Assembly (NCBI RefSeq): GCF_009914755.1
Contig: NC_060925.1
Length of the DNA: 64,000 nt
Direction: 5' to 3' (one strand)
Origin: the human T2T-CHM13v2.0 reference genome, Homo sapiens
Positions 16,161-31,180 of the stretch are shown piece by piece; position 1 is the first letter of the stretch, and every line of letters starts with the position of its first letter. The position numbers were made by a program, and so were the translations under genes. The notes below the pieces were generated by a model that did not search any database, was not told where the DNA came from, and saw only the letters and a list, made by a program, of their open reading frames with translations.

Positions 16161-17430
16161 ATTATAATTATGTTGATATGGAAAAGAAAGATACTCCTAT
16201 TATCACCAGCACCTATTTCTCCAAGGAAATTCTTACCTCTGTAAATTTAAATGTGTTACTCTTGTAAAAACCAGAGACAGCAGAGTTGGTATGGTAATGA
16301 TAATCATAATACATAATGATTATGGCATTAAAAATTAACTGGAAATAGCTGAAGGGTATAAACATCAATCCCAAGAGTTATAAAGTCATTTGCATTTTTC
16401 CAACATGTTCTTTTTAGCTACATGAGAGCAGGAGCCATTGCAGCTAAACCAAAGGATTTCAAAGAAACCATTAGTTACTAATTCACATATGATAAAATTA
16501 ACAAAGGAGGTAATTTTTCTCTTTATTATTCAACGATACAATTATGCTAATCTTAAAAGTTTCAATTATGGCTCATCTGAAAGAAAATGATTTATTATTT
16601 TCATTGTTTCAACTTCCCAGTAGGAATGGCACAGATTATATATAATATACAAACCCTTAGTGATTAGAAGTTTAATAAATTTTACATAGAAGATATCTAA
16701 AACTCTAACCTCTTTCCTGGGTATAAAAATCATTTCCTATTCCCTCAATTCTTACTCTTCAGAATGGAGAAGGGCAGCCACTTTCCAAGTAGGTGGCTCT
16801 AAGCAGAATTTAAGTAAAGGAGAACAAATAAAATACTTGCAACTTTTCAGTTTCTTTATAAAACAAGATGTTAAGACACCAGAAGCAACTTCTTATGGCC
16901 AGAAGTTAAGTCATCACTGCCATCTTTACTCCGGGTCTAACAATTTCAAAACCACCGTTCAAAAGAATGATTTTAGAAAAGCACACTATTCTGCTGAATT
17001 CTTTTATAATGTAACAGAGGCGATACTGACACCACTACAGATGCCAGAAGCTGGGCCTCACCCCAATCTTGCAAACAGTCCCGCATTTTGAAACATAAAT
17101 AACAATAGCTAGGCTGGTAAAGGACTGAACATCTACAAGGATACCCTCCTTTGCTAGTTGCTGTTGAGAAGGCCTGGGACACTTCTTCCCTGTCCAATCA
17201 GTCTTTTTCTTCCCTGGAGCTTGGACAATCTCCTTCCCACTATTAAGGCCTGGTATACAAAAAAGGAAAGCGTAAGTACCCACTCTTACTGCTGAAATTG
17301 CACTTGGGGAAGGTCTGCTCCTGGCATCTCACGGTGGAACTCAGAAAGCTATCAGTTTCAGAAAGCAGTGGTTAGGTTCTACAGTACTATTAGTACTATA
17401 TTTCAGCTACATTATGGGTTAAAAAAATTA

Positions 17431-17680
17431 CAGAGAGGCAGTGAGATACAATGGAAAGAGCATGAACTCTGGAGTCAGACAGACCTGGGTTACGAATCCC
17501 GGCTCCAACAATTACTAGCTGTGTGAACTTGGACAAGTCAGTTTATCTTTCAAAGCCTCAGTTTCCTCATCTGTAAAATGGGGGAAATAATACCTACCTC
17601 GAAGGTGGTTGTAAGAATGAAATGAGATAATGTATGTAAAAGTGTATACTGGGAACTCAATAAATGTTAGTTCTCCTCCC
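17431..17680 (+). mobile_element. Near-complete MIR (MIRb-like)
   Basis: ctggagtcagacagacctgggttacgaatcccggctcc...ctagctgtgtga...gcctcagtttcctcatctgtaaaatgggg...ctcaataaatg. Confidence 0.93.
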
Positions 17681-17715
17681 CGCCCAAAATGAGTTTCTAA
17701 AAGCTATCTTAGCAT

Positions 17716-18025
<310 letters not shown>

Positions 18026-18541
18026 CTTAGCATATCATCTGTAACATTGCTTCTATGGAAAAAATTTTATGTGAGTGGTCAAAAATTATAACTAACTTTT
18101 AGAACAAAACCAATTATAAATTAGATGACCACCTATATTTACTACCTATAGTAACACAAAGACATCATCTAATGAAAGAGATATGAGAAGACAAAGTATG
18201 AAAGATCAATGTTCACTACAAAACTGATGCATCAGCTTCCCATTGGTTCTAGTGAAAAAATTCCAACTTCGTGATATATTTTTTCCCAAAATTCATTACA
18301 AATCACTGTAACTCTCAGTGACATGGTTTTTGTATCATAAAATTACTGAAACACTTTTACTTAAGAGTTCAATGTCTTCTAAACTGAAAATGCTACTGTT
18401 TTCATATTTCAAACACTTATTTTGCTAATATATTTATACAAAGAGTGATACCACATTTTTATCAATATCACATACAAAAATAAACATAGAATCGTCATTG
18501 GGAGAAAATAAACTTACATAACGCTTTCCAAACACTCTTAC

Positions 18542-18645
18542 CTCTGCATTTTCATGGCCTTCCAGGGTCATACAAATATCCAGATCACTATCACGAAATC
18601 CAAATCCATTCTTAGAAGAGCCAAATAAGCACAACCTTGCCTTTT
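18542..18645 (-). CDS. TUT4: TUT4 coding exon M (104 nt, phase 1/0): active-site GS...DxD motif
   Basis: cttag|AA...GAG|gtaaga; (E)KARLCLFGSSKNGFGFRDSDLDICMTLEGHENAE, Pol-beta-like NTase signature. Confidence 0.98.
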
Positions 18646-18729
18646 CTAAGCAAAGGAAAACAAAGTCCAAGGCCTTATTATAAGCAGAGAGGAGGAGTCT
18701 TCTGCTATCTGCTGATGACCTAATACAAC

Positions 18730-19110
18730 ATGCTCTTGTCCATTTCTATGATTTAAATTACCTACCACTGGAAGAAATACTGAGAAATTCCAAAACATCT
18801 TGAGCCCAAGCTTTTGCCCAAGTTCCCATACCCATGTACCCAACTGCTTTTTCCAATTTTCCACAGACATCATACATTCAACACGTCTGAACTATCAACT
18901 TTGCCCCAAATCTATTACTATTTCTATTATCCCTGTTCTTAGCAAATAGTACCATCATGTACACAGATGCCCACATCAGAAATACAGGTGCAATCCTTAA
19001 TATCTGTCTCTCAATGTCCACATCCAAACAATCATTGAGACTTTTAGCTTTTTCCGACTTACATAATAAATCCATCTGCTTTTATACATTCTCAACATCA
19101 CTACCAATAG
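18730..19110 (+). mobile_element. L2 fragment
   Basis: Diverged pyrimidine-rich L2-like motifs. Confidence 0.55.
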
Positions 19111-19346
19111 TTAAGATCAATATTTGAGGACTGCCCTCTTAAAAATAAATTAGTTCTTTCAAAGCACAATTCATGTAGGTTTACAAATATCACCTTAGTA
19201 TACGATGCTCTTCCAAAAATGAGTGATTATAGTCCACTTGATATAAATTATGATAGGGTTAACCCTTCAGACTCAGTGTCATCCAATAACAGCTACCATT
19301 TCAAATAAGCTGTGGTTTAACAGAATTGGATTTTTCTTCCTATTAC

Positions 19347-19516
19347 TTTTTTTTTTTTAGAGACAGGGTCTTGCTATATTGCCCAGGCTAGAGTGCACTG
19401 GCTATTCACAGGCACAATCATTATACACTACAGTCTTGAACTCCTTGCCTCAAGCAATACTCCCACCTCAACCTCCCAAGTGGCTGAGATAACAGGTGTG
19501 TGCCACTGGGCCTGGC
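19347..19516 (-). mobile_element. FAM (fossil Alu monomer)
   Basis: ggctattcacaggc monomer signature; TSD tcttcctatta. Confidence 0.85.
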
Positions 19517-19714
19517 TCTTCCTATTAATTCTAAAGTAGACTACACATTTATAGGACACTTTATACTTTCAAAACTTCATACCCCCATCCAGTTCTGATG
19601 CTCTACTTGAAATTTCAATGATAGCTGAGAGGCAAAAAAGAAGCTATACTCATCAGCAAATAAAACTGAGCATGATTTTATATAATAGAGACTTAGATTT
19701 GGTCAATACTTTAT

Positions 19715-20649
<935 letters not shown>

Positions 20650-20779
20650 TTAAAAAATATTTGTTTTCAAATACTTTTAATTGTAATATGTAGCACATAA
20701 TGGGTCATCTTGTAAAAGTACAAATTCATTCTGATTAAAGTCAACTTTTATCCTTTTCTAAAATATTTAGTCACAAAAA

Positions 20780-21595
20780 TCTTGATTCTTCATCCCCATG
20801 CCCAAAACTTACTCTTCCTGCTCTTTGCCATCTCAGTTATATAGGACCACCTACTGTAACTGTTATAGCAAAAACCTTGAAACCATCCTTGATTTCTTTC
20901 TTTCTCTCATGCCTCACATTTTCCATCAGCAAATCCTATTGGTTCTACCTTCAAAATATATCCCAAATCTGACCACTTCTCATCTACTCTGGACTCACAC
21001 AACAGCCTCCTAAATGTTCTGCTTGCTTCCAGTCTTATAGCCCAGCAAACCATTCACTCAGATCATGTCATTTATTAACTAAAAATCCTCTAAAAGATTC
21101 TCATTAGGTACTCAAAATAAAATTCAAAGGCTTTCTACCAACATCCATAAGGCACTAATGACTTAATCCCTAGACCCCCTCTCTGACCTCTTCTATACAT
21201 TACAATCTACCTCTAATACTCCACTCCAGCCACACTGACTTCCTGGCTATTCCTCAAATATGCCAAACATAATCTATTCTTGTTCCATCAACAATGTTTT
21301 CTCCTTGGATATTTATATAACTTGCTCCTTCATGTTATTCAGGATTCTCCTCAAATGCTACCTTATGAGAGAGGCCTATCATAACACTCCATCACTTCAG
21401 TTCTTTTATCTCCTATACTTTTAACAGCATGTATTATTTGCTGATATAATATTATATATTTATTAGTCAACTATTTGTCTCCCCATTTGAAACATAAGCT
21501 TCATGAGGTTTCATCTCTTTTATTAGCACTGTATTCCCAGCAACTAGAACAGTACTTAACACATAGCATTCAATAAATATTTTTAAATAAATGAA
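20780..21595 (+). mobile_element. L2 3' portion
   Basis: L2 motifs (cagcaaatcctattggttctaccttcaaaatata) and 3' end (cacatagcattcaataaatatt...aatgaa). Confidence 0.8.
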
Positions 21596-21652
21596 ACTCA
21601 AGACTACATGACTACAGCAAAAACGCAATAAATTTTTTAACCTATGACATAC

Positions 21653-21739
21653 CATCATATTCTTTTTGAATAAACTTTTCCAAGCCAATTAAAATTTGCT
21701 CCCTGTTGTGTTGTTCAGAACAAGGTGGTGATAACTCAT
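21653..21739 (-). CDS. TUT4: TUT4 coding exon L (87 nt, phase 1/1)
   Basis: cccag|AT...GATG|gtatgt; (D)ELSPPCSEQHNREQILIGLEKFIQKEYD. Confidence 0.94.
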
Positions 21740-22542
21740 CTGGGTTTATAAAAAGAAGAAAAAAGGAAAAAGAAAAGTAAGGAAAACAGAATCTGAAAAC
21801 ATCTTCAAGTTTTTACCCTAAAAATTTTACTTACAGTTTGTTCATTATTTGTTGACTTCTCTGACTTTAAAACCATAAATGTTACTGGGGAAGGGTCTGG
21901 GAGATAGAAGGAAAAAAACTGTTTTTCTGTTTTAGCAACCCAGGGGAAGAAACGAAAATAAATGAAACAGAAAAATAATTTTTAAGATATATGTACATTT
22001 CACATGATCATTTTCCGTATATCTACAAACCTATTTACTTCTTCACTCTCCCCCATATCCATGCTTATTTTCCCATTTGTTAAGATCTGTATTCATGTTG
22101 CTATACTAGGCATCTGGCCCACTCAAATTTAACAGTTCCCTCAAATGCCTGGTCAAAATTTCTATCTTCCCTATAAACTGTTTTGCCTAACCACAGCCTT
22201 CAATGATCTCTCCTTAGTTCCACACTTCTTTAGTTCTTCAAACTGTGTGCCACAGTCTGGTACCTAATTTATTTTGTCCTTTTGGTTTTCTAGTTATTTC
22301 ATTTATATTCATCTTATTTTTCCAAATAAGTCCATATATTTCTTAAGAACAAAGTCTTTTTTTCCCTATCTCTTCCAGACTTATCCCCAAAAGTTAACAC
22401 AGTAACAGAAACAAAGCAGTAATTTATTAAGAATTTGTTATAATGAATTAAACTAATATTCAGCTTTTTAAAAACAAATGCAGTTATCAGTGCTTACAGA
22501 AGAAGGGGAGTTAAATAAAATTAATGTAATTCGTTAACTTGT

Positions 22543-24260
22543 TTTAGGGCAGTGAAACTATTCTGTATGACACTCTAATGGTGGATACATGACACAATGC
22601 ACTTGTCAAAACCCACAGAACTTTGCAGCACAAAGAGTGAGCCTTAATGTATGCAATTTTAAAAAAATCATCTAGGAGGTCAGGGGATCTCAGGATGTAA
22701 TGTAGACTGTGACAAAATAATCTAACTATATTATAAATGTATGAAACAACTTCACATGAGGGAGTGGGGGGAAAGGTGCTGACCTAAGTAAATTTGAAAA
22801 TGAGTGGAATCGATAAGACTTAAGGGCAAAAGAAACCATACATAAGCACGGTACTCTAGTTAATAAAGTTGTTTCCCACAGGGGTATTGGTTAACAGTTC
22901 TGATACTGCTATACATATGTACTAAAATGGAACAATTTAAAAAATGAATAATAGATGGTGGGAACCAGGTTTCTCACTGTTGGAGTGGGGGCTAAAACGA
23001 GCCATGTGGTAATGAGTTCGAGTTGGATATACCATTATGAAATCATGTTTGGTTTAATACAGATAAGATGGCTACATACAGGCTGTGCGCCGTGGCTCAC
23101 ACCTGTAAGCCCAGCACTTTGGGAGGCTGAGGAGGGTGGATCACAAGGTCAGGAGATCAAGACCATCCTGGCTAACACAGTGAAACCCTGTCTCTACTAA
23201 AAATACAAAAAATTAGCCGGGCGTGATGGCACGAGCCTGTAGTCCCAGCTACTCGGGAGGCTGAGGCAGGAGAAATGGCTGGAACCCAGGAGGCGGAGCT
23301 TGCAGTGAGCTGAGATGGCGCCACTGCACTCCAGCCTGGGCGACAGAGCGAGACTCAGTCTCCAAAAAAAAAAAAAAAAAAAAGACGGCTACATATAGAA
23401 ATCTTTATAGTAAGTTTATATACATAGGTTAGTATATACACACATATTTTGTTGCTCTGAGATGGCCTCAAAGCAGTGACAGCCCAGTAACAGCAAGCAC
23501 ATCTAGTGTTCAGGTCTTGGTTTCTAATCTCATTCTCCAATAAAAGGAACCACAGCTCCTTGGACAAATGCCTAATTCTAGGAGTAGGGCACAAAATATA
23601 CATGCAGTGCCAGGAGCATCTTGTAGTGCCAGAAAGTATGGAAGTGTTAAAACCCAAACAAACAAAAAAAACCACACACTGATGGATATATATAAAAGGG
23701 ACCAGGTAGTCAAGTAAAAGAGTTCCCAATGGCCAAAGCTAGAATAATCTGAACAAAAGAAAATTATATTCAATTATAACCCAAGGCATCAAATATCTAT
23801 GAGCCCACATTGAGGTAAATAAATTACTAAGTAAAAATAAATGTAAATTGTATCTTAATAAAGCTGCTAAAAAACACGTGCCATGACCCAGCCATTCTAA
23901 GTATTTAGTCAAGATAAATAAAAGCATATGTCCATACCCAGACCCACCCAGCCAAAATTTTGAAATGAGACAAATATTTATCAACAGGTGAATGGATAAA
24001 CAAATTGTGGTATAACCATACAATGGAACACTACTCAGATACAAGAAGAAATTAACCACCGATACACAACAACATAAATGAATCTCAAAGTAATTATACT
24101 GAGTGAAAAAAGCCAGACAAAAAAAGAATACATTCTGTATAATTCCACTTATACAGAACTCTAGAAAATGCAAACTATCTATAGTGACAAAAGCAGAAAA
24201 GTAGTTGCCTGGTGGGAGGCAGAAATGGGGAAGAAGGGAGCGATTACAATGAAGCACTAA
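22543..24260 (+). mobile_element. L1MC/MD-like and L1ME-like 3' fragments, interrupted by AluY (23081-23381)
   Basis: ttttagggcagtgaaactattctgtatgacact L1 3'UTR motif; AluY TSD aagaYggctacata. Confidence 0.8.
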
Positions 24261-24400
24261 ATGTTATGACCAGAAATTTTATCTTACCTGGACACTGGAA
24301 GTAATTCATAAATGTTTGCTGAGTAAAGGTGACTCCCAGGTACTCTGTAAACGTTTGCTGAATAAAGGCATGCAAGCCGTTCCCCAAAATATGTTTATAG

Positions 24401-24787
<387 letters not shown>

Positions 24788-24989
24788 ACTCTATGCTTTT
24801 ATGCATAATCTTTGACGTTTAAAAATGCAGCTCAAGGTTCATCTCAAATATCACATCATTAATCCTGATTCCTCTAATCCACCCCAGATAAAATTGTGTT
24901 TACACTGCGTTTTGTTTACCACTACTATAGCATGTAACACATTCTATTTCCAATTATGGCAATTTACATAAATGCCATATTAACTCATC

Positions 24990-25192
24990 TATAGTGTTAT
25001 CCAAGAACGCTGCAGTGATGAAAATGTTCTCTATCAACAATGCTGTCCAATGCAGCAGCCACTAGCCACATGTAGCTACTGAGTACTTGAGATATGTCTA
25101 GTATAAAACTGAAGAACTTGGTTTTTAATTTAATTTTAATTGATTTAAAGTTAAAAGCCACATAGGCTAGAAGCTACCATGTTAGACAGCTC
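24990..25192. mobile_element. MER3-like hAT DNA transposon
   Basis: gctgtccaat...gcagccactagccacatgtagctactgag...gccacataggctag...ttagacagc. Confidence 0.78.
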
Positions 25193-25424
25193 ATATCCAT
25201 ATTTTAAGCTCCTTAAAAGCAATATATATGGACTCTCAATTCCCCTTGGCATTTACCATGATGCCCTGCACATAATAGTCATTTAGTAAATATCTGTGCT
25301 TGGGTATCTATTCAAAAACCTCTAGCAAAACAAAACGTAAACAAACTGTTTTTAAATCAGAAAATTAATATTTAATATCTAAGAAGGAATCTAGTCCCAA
25401 TAGTTGTAGTAATGAAAGACTTAC

Positions 25425-25575
25425 CAAAACATCTTTTACATACTAAATCAAGTATTTCCCGAAATCGGTTTGTCATTGGTGGTAGAGGTTTTAAATCAAT
25501 TTTCCTAAAATCCTCTGGGCAATCATTCTTTGAATGGCCATCCTTTTTGCAGATGCTGCATACTATCGTTGGTGG
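25425..25575 (-). CDS. TUT4: TUT4 coding exon K (151 nt, phase 0/1): first CCHC zinc knuckle
   Basis: gtgtag|CCA...TTTG|gtaagt; PPTIVCSICKKDGHSKNDCPEDFRKIDLKPLPPMTNRFREILDLVCKRCF (C-x2-C-x4-H-x4-C). Confidence 0.97.
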
Positions 25576-26734
25576 CTACACAAAGATAAAAAGAAATCTA
25601 ATCTAATAAACTTTTGAGGGACTTCATCACTTAGGAAGTGAATTCAAAACAAATCTTTTATGTAACTCAGTTTTGATAACCTGTGCTTTCAGGAGGTAAT
25701 TAAAAAAAAAAACATGTTGTTAAAATGCAGTATTAGCTACAAAAAAGTTTTTTGAGTCAACCACTTTTTCTTCCCCACTAAAATTATATCAAGGATTAAA
25801 TTAACCTGAAAATGGAAGATACAGAAAATGCCAGGAGATGCAGAAAGTATGAGTTCATTCAAACAGCTCCCAAAGGAAAATATATGCATTTATTTTTAAC
25901 TTACTGAGATCTAACAAAATAGGTTATAAAGAAATTTTAAGGTGCACCTTTCATTTCACTCCAAACATTTTCTATTTTCTGAATCAATCACAGAACCCTC
26001 ACTTAGTTGGTTTATTAAATTAATAAATTAATTAAACTAATTTATTATTAAATTATTTAATATTTAATAAATTATTAAACTAATTTACTAAATTAGTTGC
26101 TCAAGAGACCAAACTGCAGACTGAACACTAAAAATAAATTAGCTTCATACGAAGAGTAACTTATCCAATAGCCACAAAATGAACTCCAAACCCTATATAA
26201 CCATTTTAAATGTATTTCAATGGACACCAAACAAGTGGTTAAAACACAAAAATTTATGCCAACTCAAAGAAAGAAACACATATGTTTAAAAAACACCAAT
26301 ACTCTTTTCTTTATTGTAATATGCCTACATCCTAAAGTGTCTTTCTCCAATGTTAGCCTGGACATTTATATAGCCATAAATTCTGATACAAATTATATAA
26401 GGAAATCTCTCTTTGTAAGAATGATGCACTGTGGGCTAATTAACAGTACTACAAGAATCTCTATCACCTTTTCAAAGCTTTTTTTAAAAAATGACATATT
26501 TAGGCAGGAAACTCTTTAAATAGTAAAAATGAAAACTGGAACAACAGTACTTACCCTAAGTTTCCAGGAAAAAAAGTATAAAGCATAAGACATGTAAACT
26601 GAAGTTATATAATTAAGTTTTCTAAAAACCTGCCATTTATTTGATGCTTTCAATAGTGCATGTGCCTTAAATACTGCAACCTAGATAAAATGCAACAGAT
26701 GTATATTTACATAGAATGAAGAAATACTGCTTAT

Positions 26735-27075
26735 TGGGAGGGGAAAATGGGGAGGTGTTGGTCAAAGGGTACAAAGTTTCATTTGTGCAAAATAAATAAG
26801 TTCTGGAGATCTGTACAAAGTAGTTCTGGAGATCTGTACAGATTAATAATACTGTATTATATTCTTAAATTTGCTAATAAGGTACCTCTTAAGTTCTCTA
26901 ACAACAAAAGGAAAAGAAGAGGAGGGTACTTTTGGAGCTGATGGATGGATAGGTTTGTGGCATTGACAGTGATAATAATATATATACTTAAGTTCAAACA
27001 CATCCAGTTGTAGACATTAAATATCTATAGCTTTTTAAATGCTAGCCATACCTTAATAAAGCAGATTTTTAAAAA
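26735..27075 (+). mobile_element. L1M 3'UTR fragments
   Basis: ggtcaaagggtacaaagttt...ataagttctggagatct. Confidence 0.72.
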
Positions 27076-27375
27076 ACAGGCAATACTATTTAATAATTAG
27101 GTTAAACATCTTAAAGCTTGTCAATAACTACGATAAAACAATAAGCCTGGATAAGGCTAGATGACTTTCCTTTTGTTTTTTTTTAATATTCTACTTGGCT
27201 TATGCATGATCTGTATAATCATTTTTTCACATGGATACTAATAATGATATTGCAATTATCTGGAATGCACTTGAAGTACTGTGATTCGGTTAAAACTTTG
27301 TTTTATTCACAAAGCAGTTATCGCTTACTTCCTGTTCAATGGGTTTTTTCCTATGATTTTAAATGATTTCCTTTA

Positions 27376-27706
<331 letters not shown>

Positions 27707-28304
27707 CTATCTTACTTGAAAAGAAAAAGTAGAAAAGTTTGGATTCCTGTAATTCATATAGGATAAGCCGAAATCCAGAGGCTCAGTAGCAGAAACAGAA
27801 TCTGGATTCTTCATTTTTTTGACTATTAATCTTAGTTTCCCTCAACTACCTTTAGTATGCTTATATTTCCCCCCTCTAAAAATATCTTTAAAGTAGAATA
27901 CTATTAGAATTTACAAACCTTTTATTTTGGGGGGGGAAGAAAAATTTTATGTATAAAAATAAGCTTGAATGTGGCTTTTGTTGGGGAAAAAAATACAAAA
28001 TAAGCAACATTTAAAATGCATGCTACCTTTGCTAAGATTTTCATGAAATATCAGATGAATCCTTTCATATATGAGAAAGTAAAGGAAACCAACTGGTAAT
28101 AGAATGCTGAAACCTTTTGAGGCTTTATATACATTATTTAAAGGCAACTATATGAAAAACACAAAAGGTAAAATACATACCAAAATATCATTCCAAAACA
28201 AGTCACCACTTTATATAGCTATTTTTACATTTCTAATCTAAAAAATATACATAGTCATACAACAACCACAAAATCTTACAGATCATTTACAAACTGTATC
28301 CTAC

Positions 28305-29008
28305 CTTGCCAGAGGTTAAAATAAACTTATCAAACACATAATATAATTCCTGGGTGGGGAGGTTATCATCATCATTAAGGTCAGAAGCATCTTCTGTAGC
28401 TTTGCAGTTGCAAGAGGTAGCAGATGTGTCGGTGCACACACTCTGATGTGAACTCTCTGTTTCTAAATTTGACCTGCAGTCTGTTCCAGTAGATTTATCT
28501 GGGTCAGGCGACTTAGACAAATCAATGCAATTACATTGGCTGAGCTCTTTTTTTAAACAAGTTTCTGAAGGCGCTAAATCATCTTGTTTCTTATCTAATT
28601 TTGGCTCTATTTCACTGCTTTTGCTGGTAGAAAGAGATGAAGAGTCCTGTCCGTGGTCAGCAAAATCTAGTTCATTTACCAACAAATTGTTGTTGTCAAT
28701 AATACATCTCTGTGATGTACAGTCCATTTCATCACATTGAACAGGTTGCTCTCTTTCTGCATTTATTTTTTCTGTGGTTTCCCCAAGCAGAATACAACCA
28801 TTGGTTGCCATATTGTTCGACTTGACTGGTTTCTTATTGCTTATTTTCCCCTTCTCTCTTTTCTTGAAATCCACTGTAGACTTATTTCCACCCTTCGTCT
28901 GAGGACAGGCAAAATACCGATAAGCTGCCCTAAATCTCTCCACAACATATTCGTAAACCAGCTGGCTGTTTAAGCTCCGTGCAACATTCCTCTTGACTGA
29001 AAATGGAT
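28305..29008 (-). CDS. TUT4: TUT4 coding exon J (704 nt, phase 1/0): end of PAP-assoc domain and long acidic/Ser/Cys-rich linker
   Basis: gctag|AT...AAG|gtagga; (D)PFSVKRNVARSLNSQLVYEYVVERFRAAYRYF...YVFDKFILTSGK; 234 codons of ORF 28287..29015. Confidence 0.97.
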
Positions 29009-29282
29009 CTAGCAAAAGAGAAAATGGTAAATAGCTAAGTCTCTACTAACAAACTACATTTCCAAGCTCATACAAGTAGATCTTAACTGATAAACTGTCA
29101 GGAGAATACATTTTCCCAAGGGGTTTTTCTAAGCTAGACTCCCAGTGAAAGTTCCTGAAAATGGGAGGAAATACAATTGCAACATTTTTTTCTTTCTCTC
29201 ATAAAATAAAAAGCTAAAAGGAAAAATAAACAAGACTAATAATAAGGTCACTAATAATGGGATGGCTGAGAAGGCCAACTAA

Positions 29283-29675
<393 letters not shown>

Positions 29676-30749
29676 TAAAACTCTCAAGGCTTCAACTTGA
29701 AAAAAAACTGATTTTAAGATTTAACTTTAGTGAGATTAAAAAGTAAAAGACAGTAGTAGGAAGAAAGAGCAAAAAAGCAAGAAACCTAAAAAAGTAAAAA
29801 TTAAACCAATATTTAAACTTTGATCCAGTCAAAAATAACTACCCTGTAAAGTCTTGACACAGCTGCATCCTTATTATTAATAACATGACAGATTTCTGAA
29901 AATATCTGTAAGCCTTAAATATAGATAACCCCCAGGAAAAAAGAACAGTGCACCAAAAAGACAATACATATGCTCTCCACTACTGAAGATCTTTTGGTAT
30001 TAACAGGCCAGGCTTCAAACTGTTAAAGTTGGGGCATCTGTTACTTTTTGCTGCTATCTAAATCCACAGGCTTTAAAAAGATTTTTCTACTTTCTTCCTC
30101 ACTTCCCAAAGAAAATGAAAGAGGGGGGGAAAAGAAAGAAAAAAAAAGAGATAAATTATGGCTGGCAGGCTTCAGAGCTCATTTATTTACTATATATAAG
30201 AGTACAAGATGTGTATAAATGTTTGCATGTATATTTCAGAATATTTCTGGGTTGAACTCACAGTAGAGAAGGCCAGCAGGTGTGAGGGAATGGAATAATA
30301 TGTAGGCTGAACAGACTAAAACGGACATAAATTCAATTTCTTATCTACAAAAGGTAAGTGACATGCTGTGAAATTTAAATTTTTGATTAAGAATTGAGGA
30401 GCCACTCTATTGTTTTCTGTATCTCCAAAGATCTTAATGGTCTTGGGATCTGATGTGAAACTTTGTCAACATCAGTTTTTATTTTTCTCCTTTAGCGAAG
30501 CCACATTTATTAGGTGAGGTACTTTAAAAGACAATGAAAACTTTCTCATAATCTTATGACACAAATTTATTCAAAAAGATCTTATATTATTCATAACATA
30601 TTTTTCTGTATTTCTGCAAGTTTGCATAATTAAAAAATAAAATTTTCAACATTTAAAAAATGCTAATTACTGACCTTAACCATATATGGCAGAAATCTTT
30701 AAATAAATACTAATTCTATAAAACTATAATAGACTTGACAAAGAATCTA

Positions 30750-31060
<311 letters not shown>

Positions 31061-31180
31061 ATGACAATCTAGTGACATATATATATAGTGCCACAAAGCC
31101 AAAGGATTATTAACACTGAATTAGATAATGAGTAGCACATAAAAAATATTCTCCAAATGAAATACAACATATCATCTCAC

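Noticed and set aside
23739-24257. 172-aa hydrophobic minus-strand ORF
   Set aside because: Antisense reading of an old L1 3' region; T-rich composition explains the open frame.
26799-26840. 19-bp direct repeat agttctggagatctgtaca (similarly a 14-bp repeat at 2651/2681)
   Set aside because: Only two copies; simple local duplications, not a CRISPR-like or functional array.
28525-28973. Plus-strand ORFs overlapping exon J
   Set aside because: Antisense shadows of the real coding exon.
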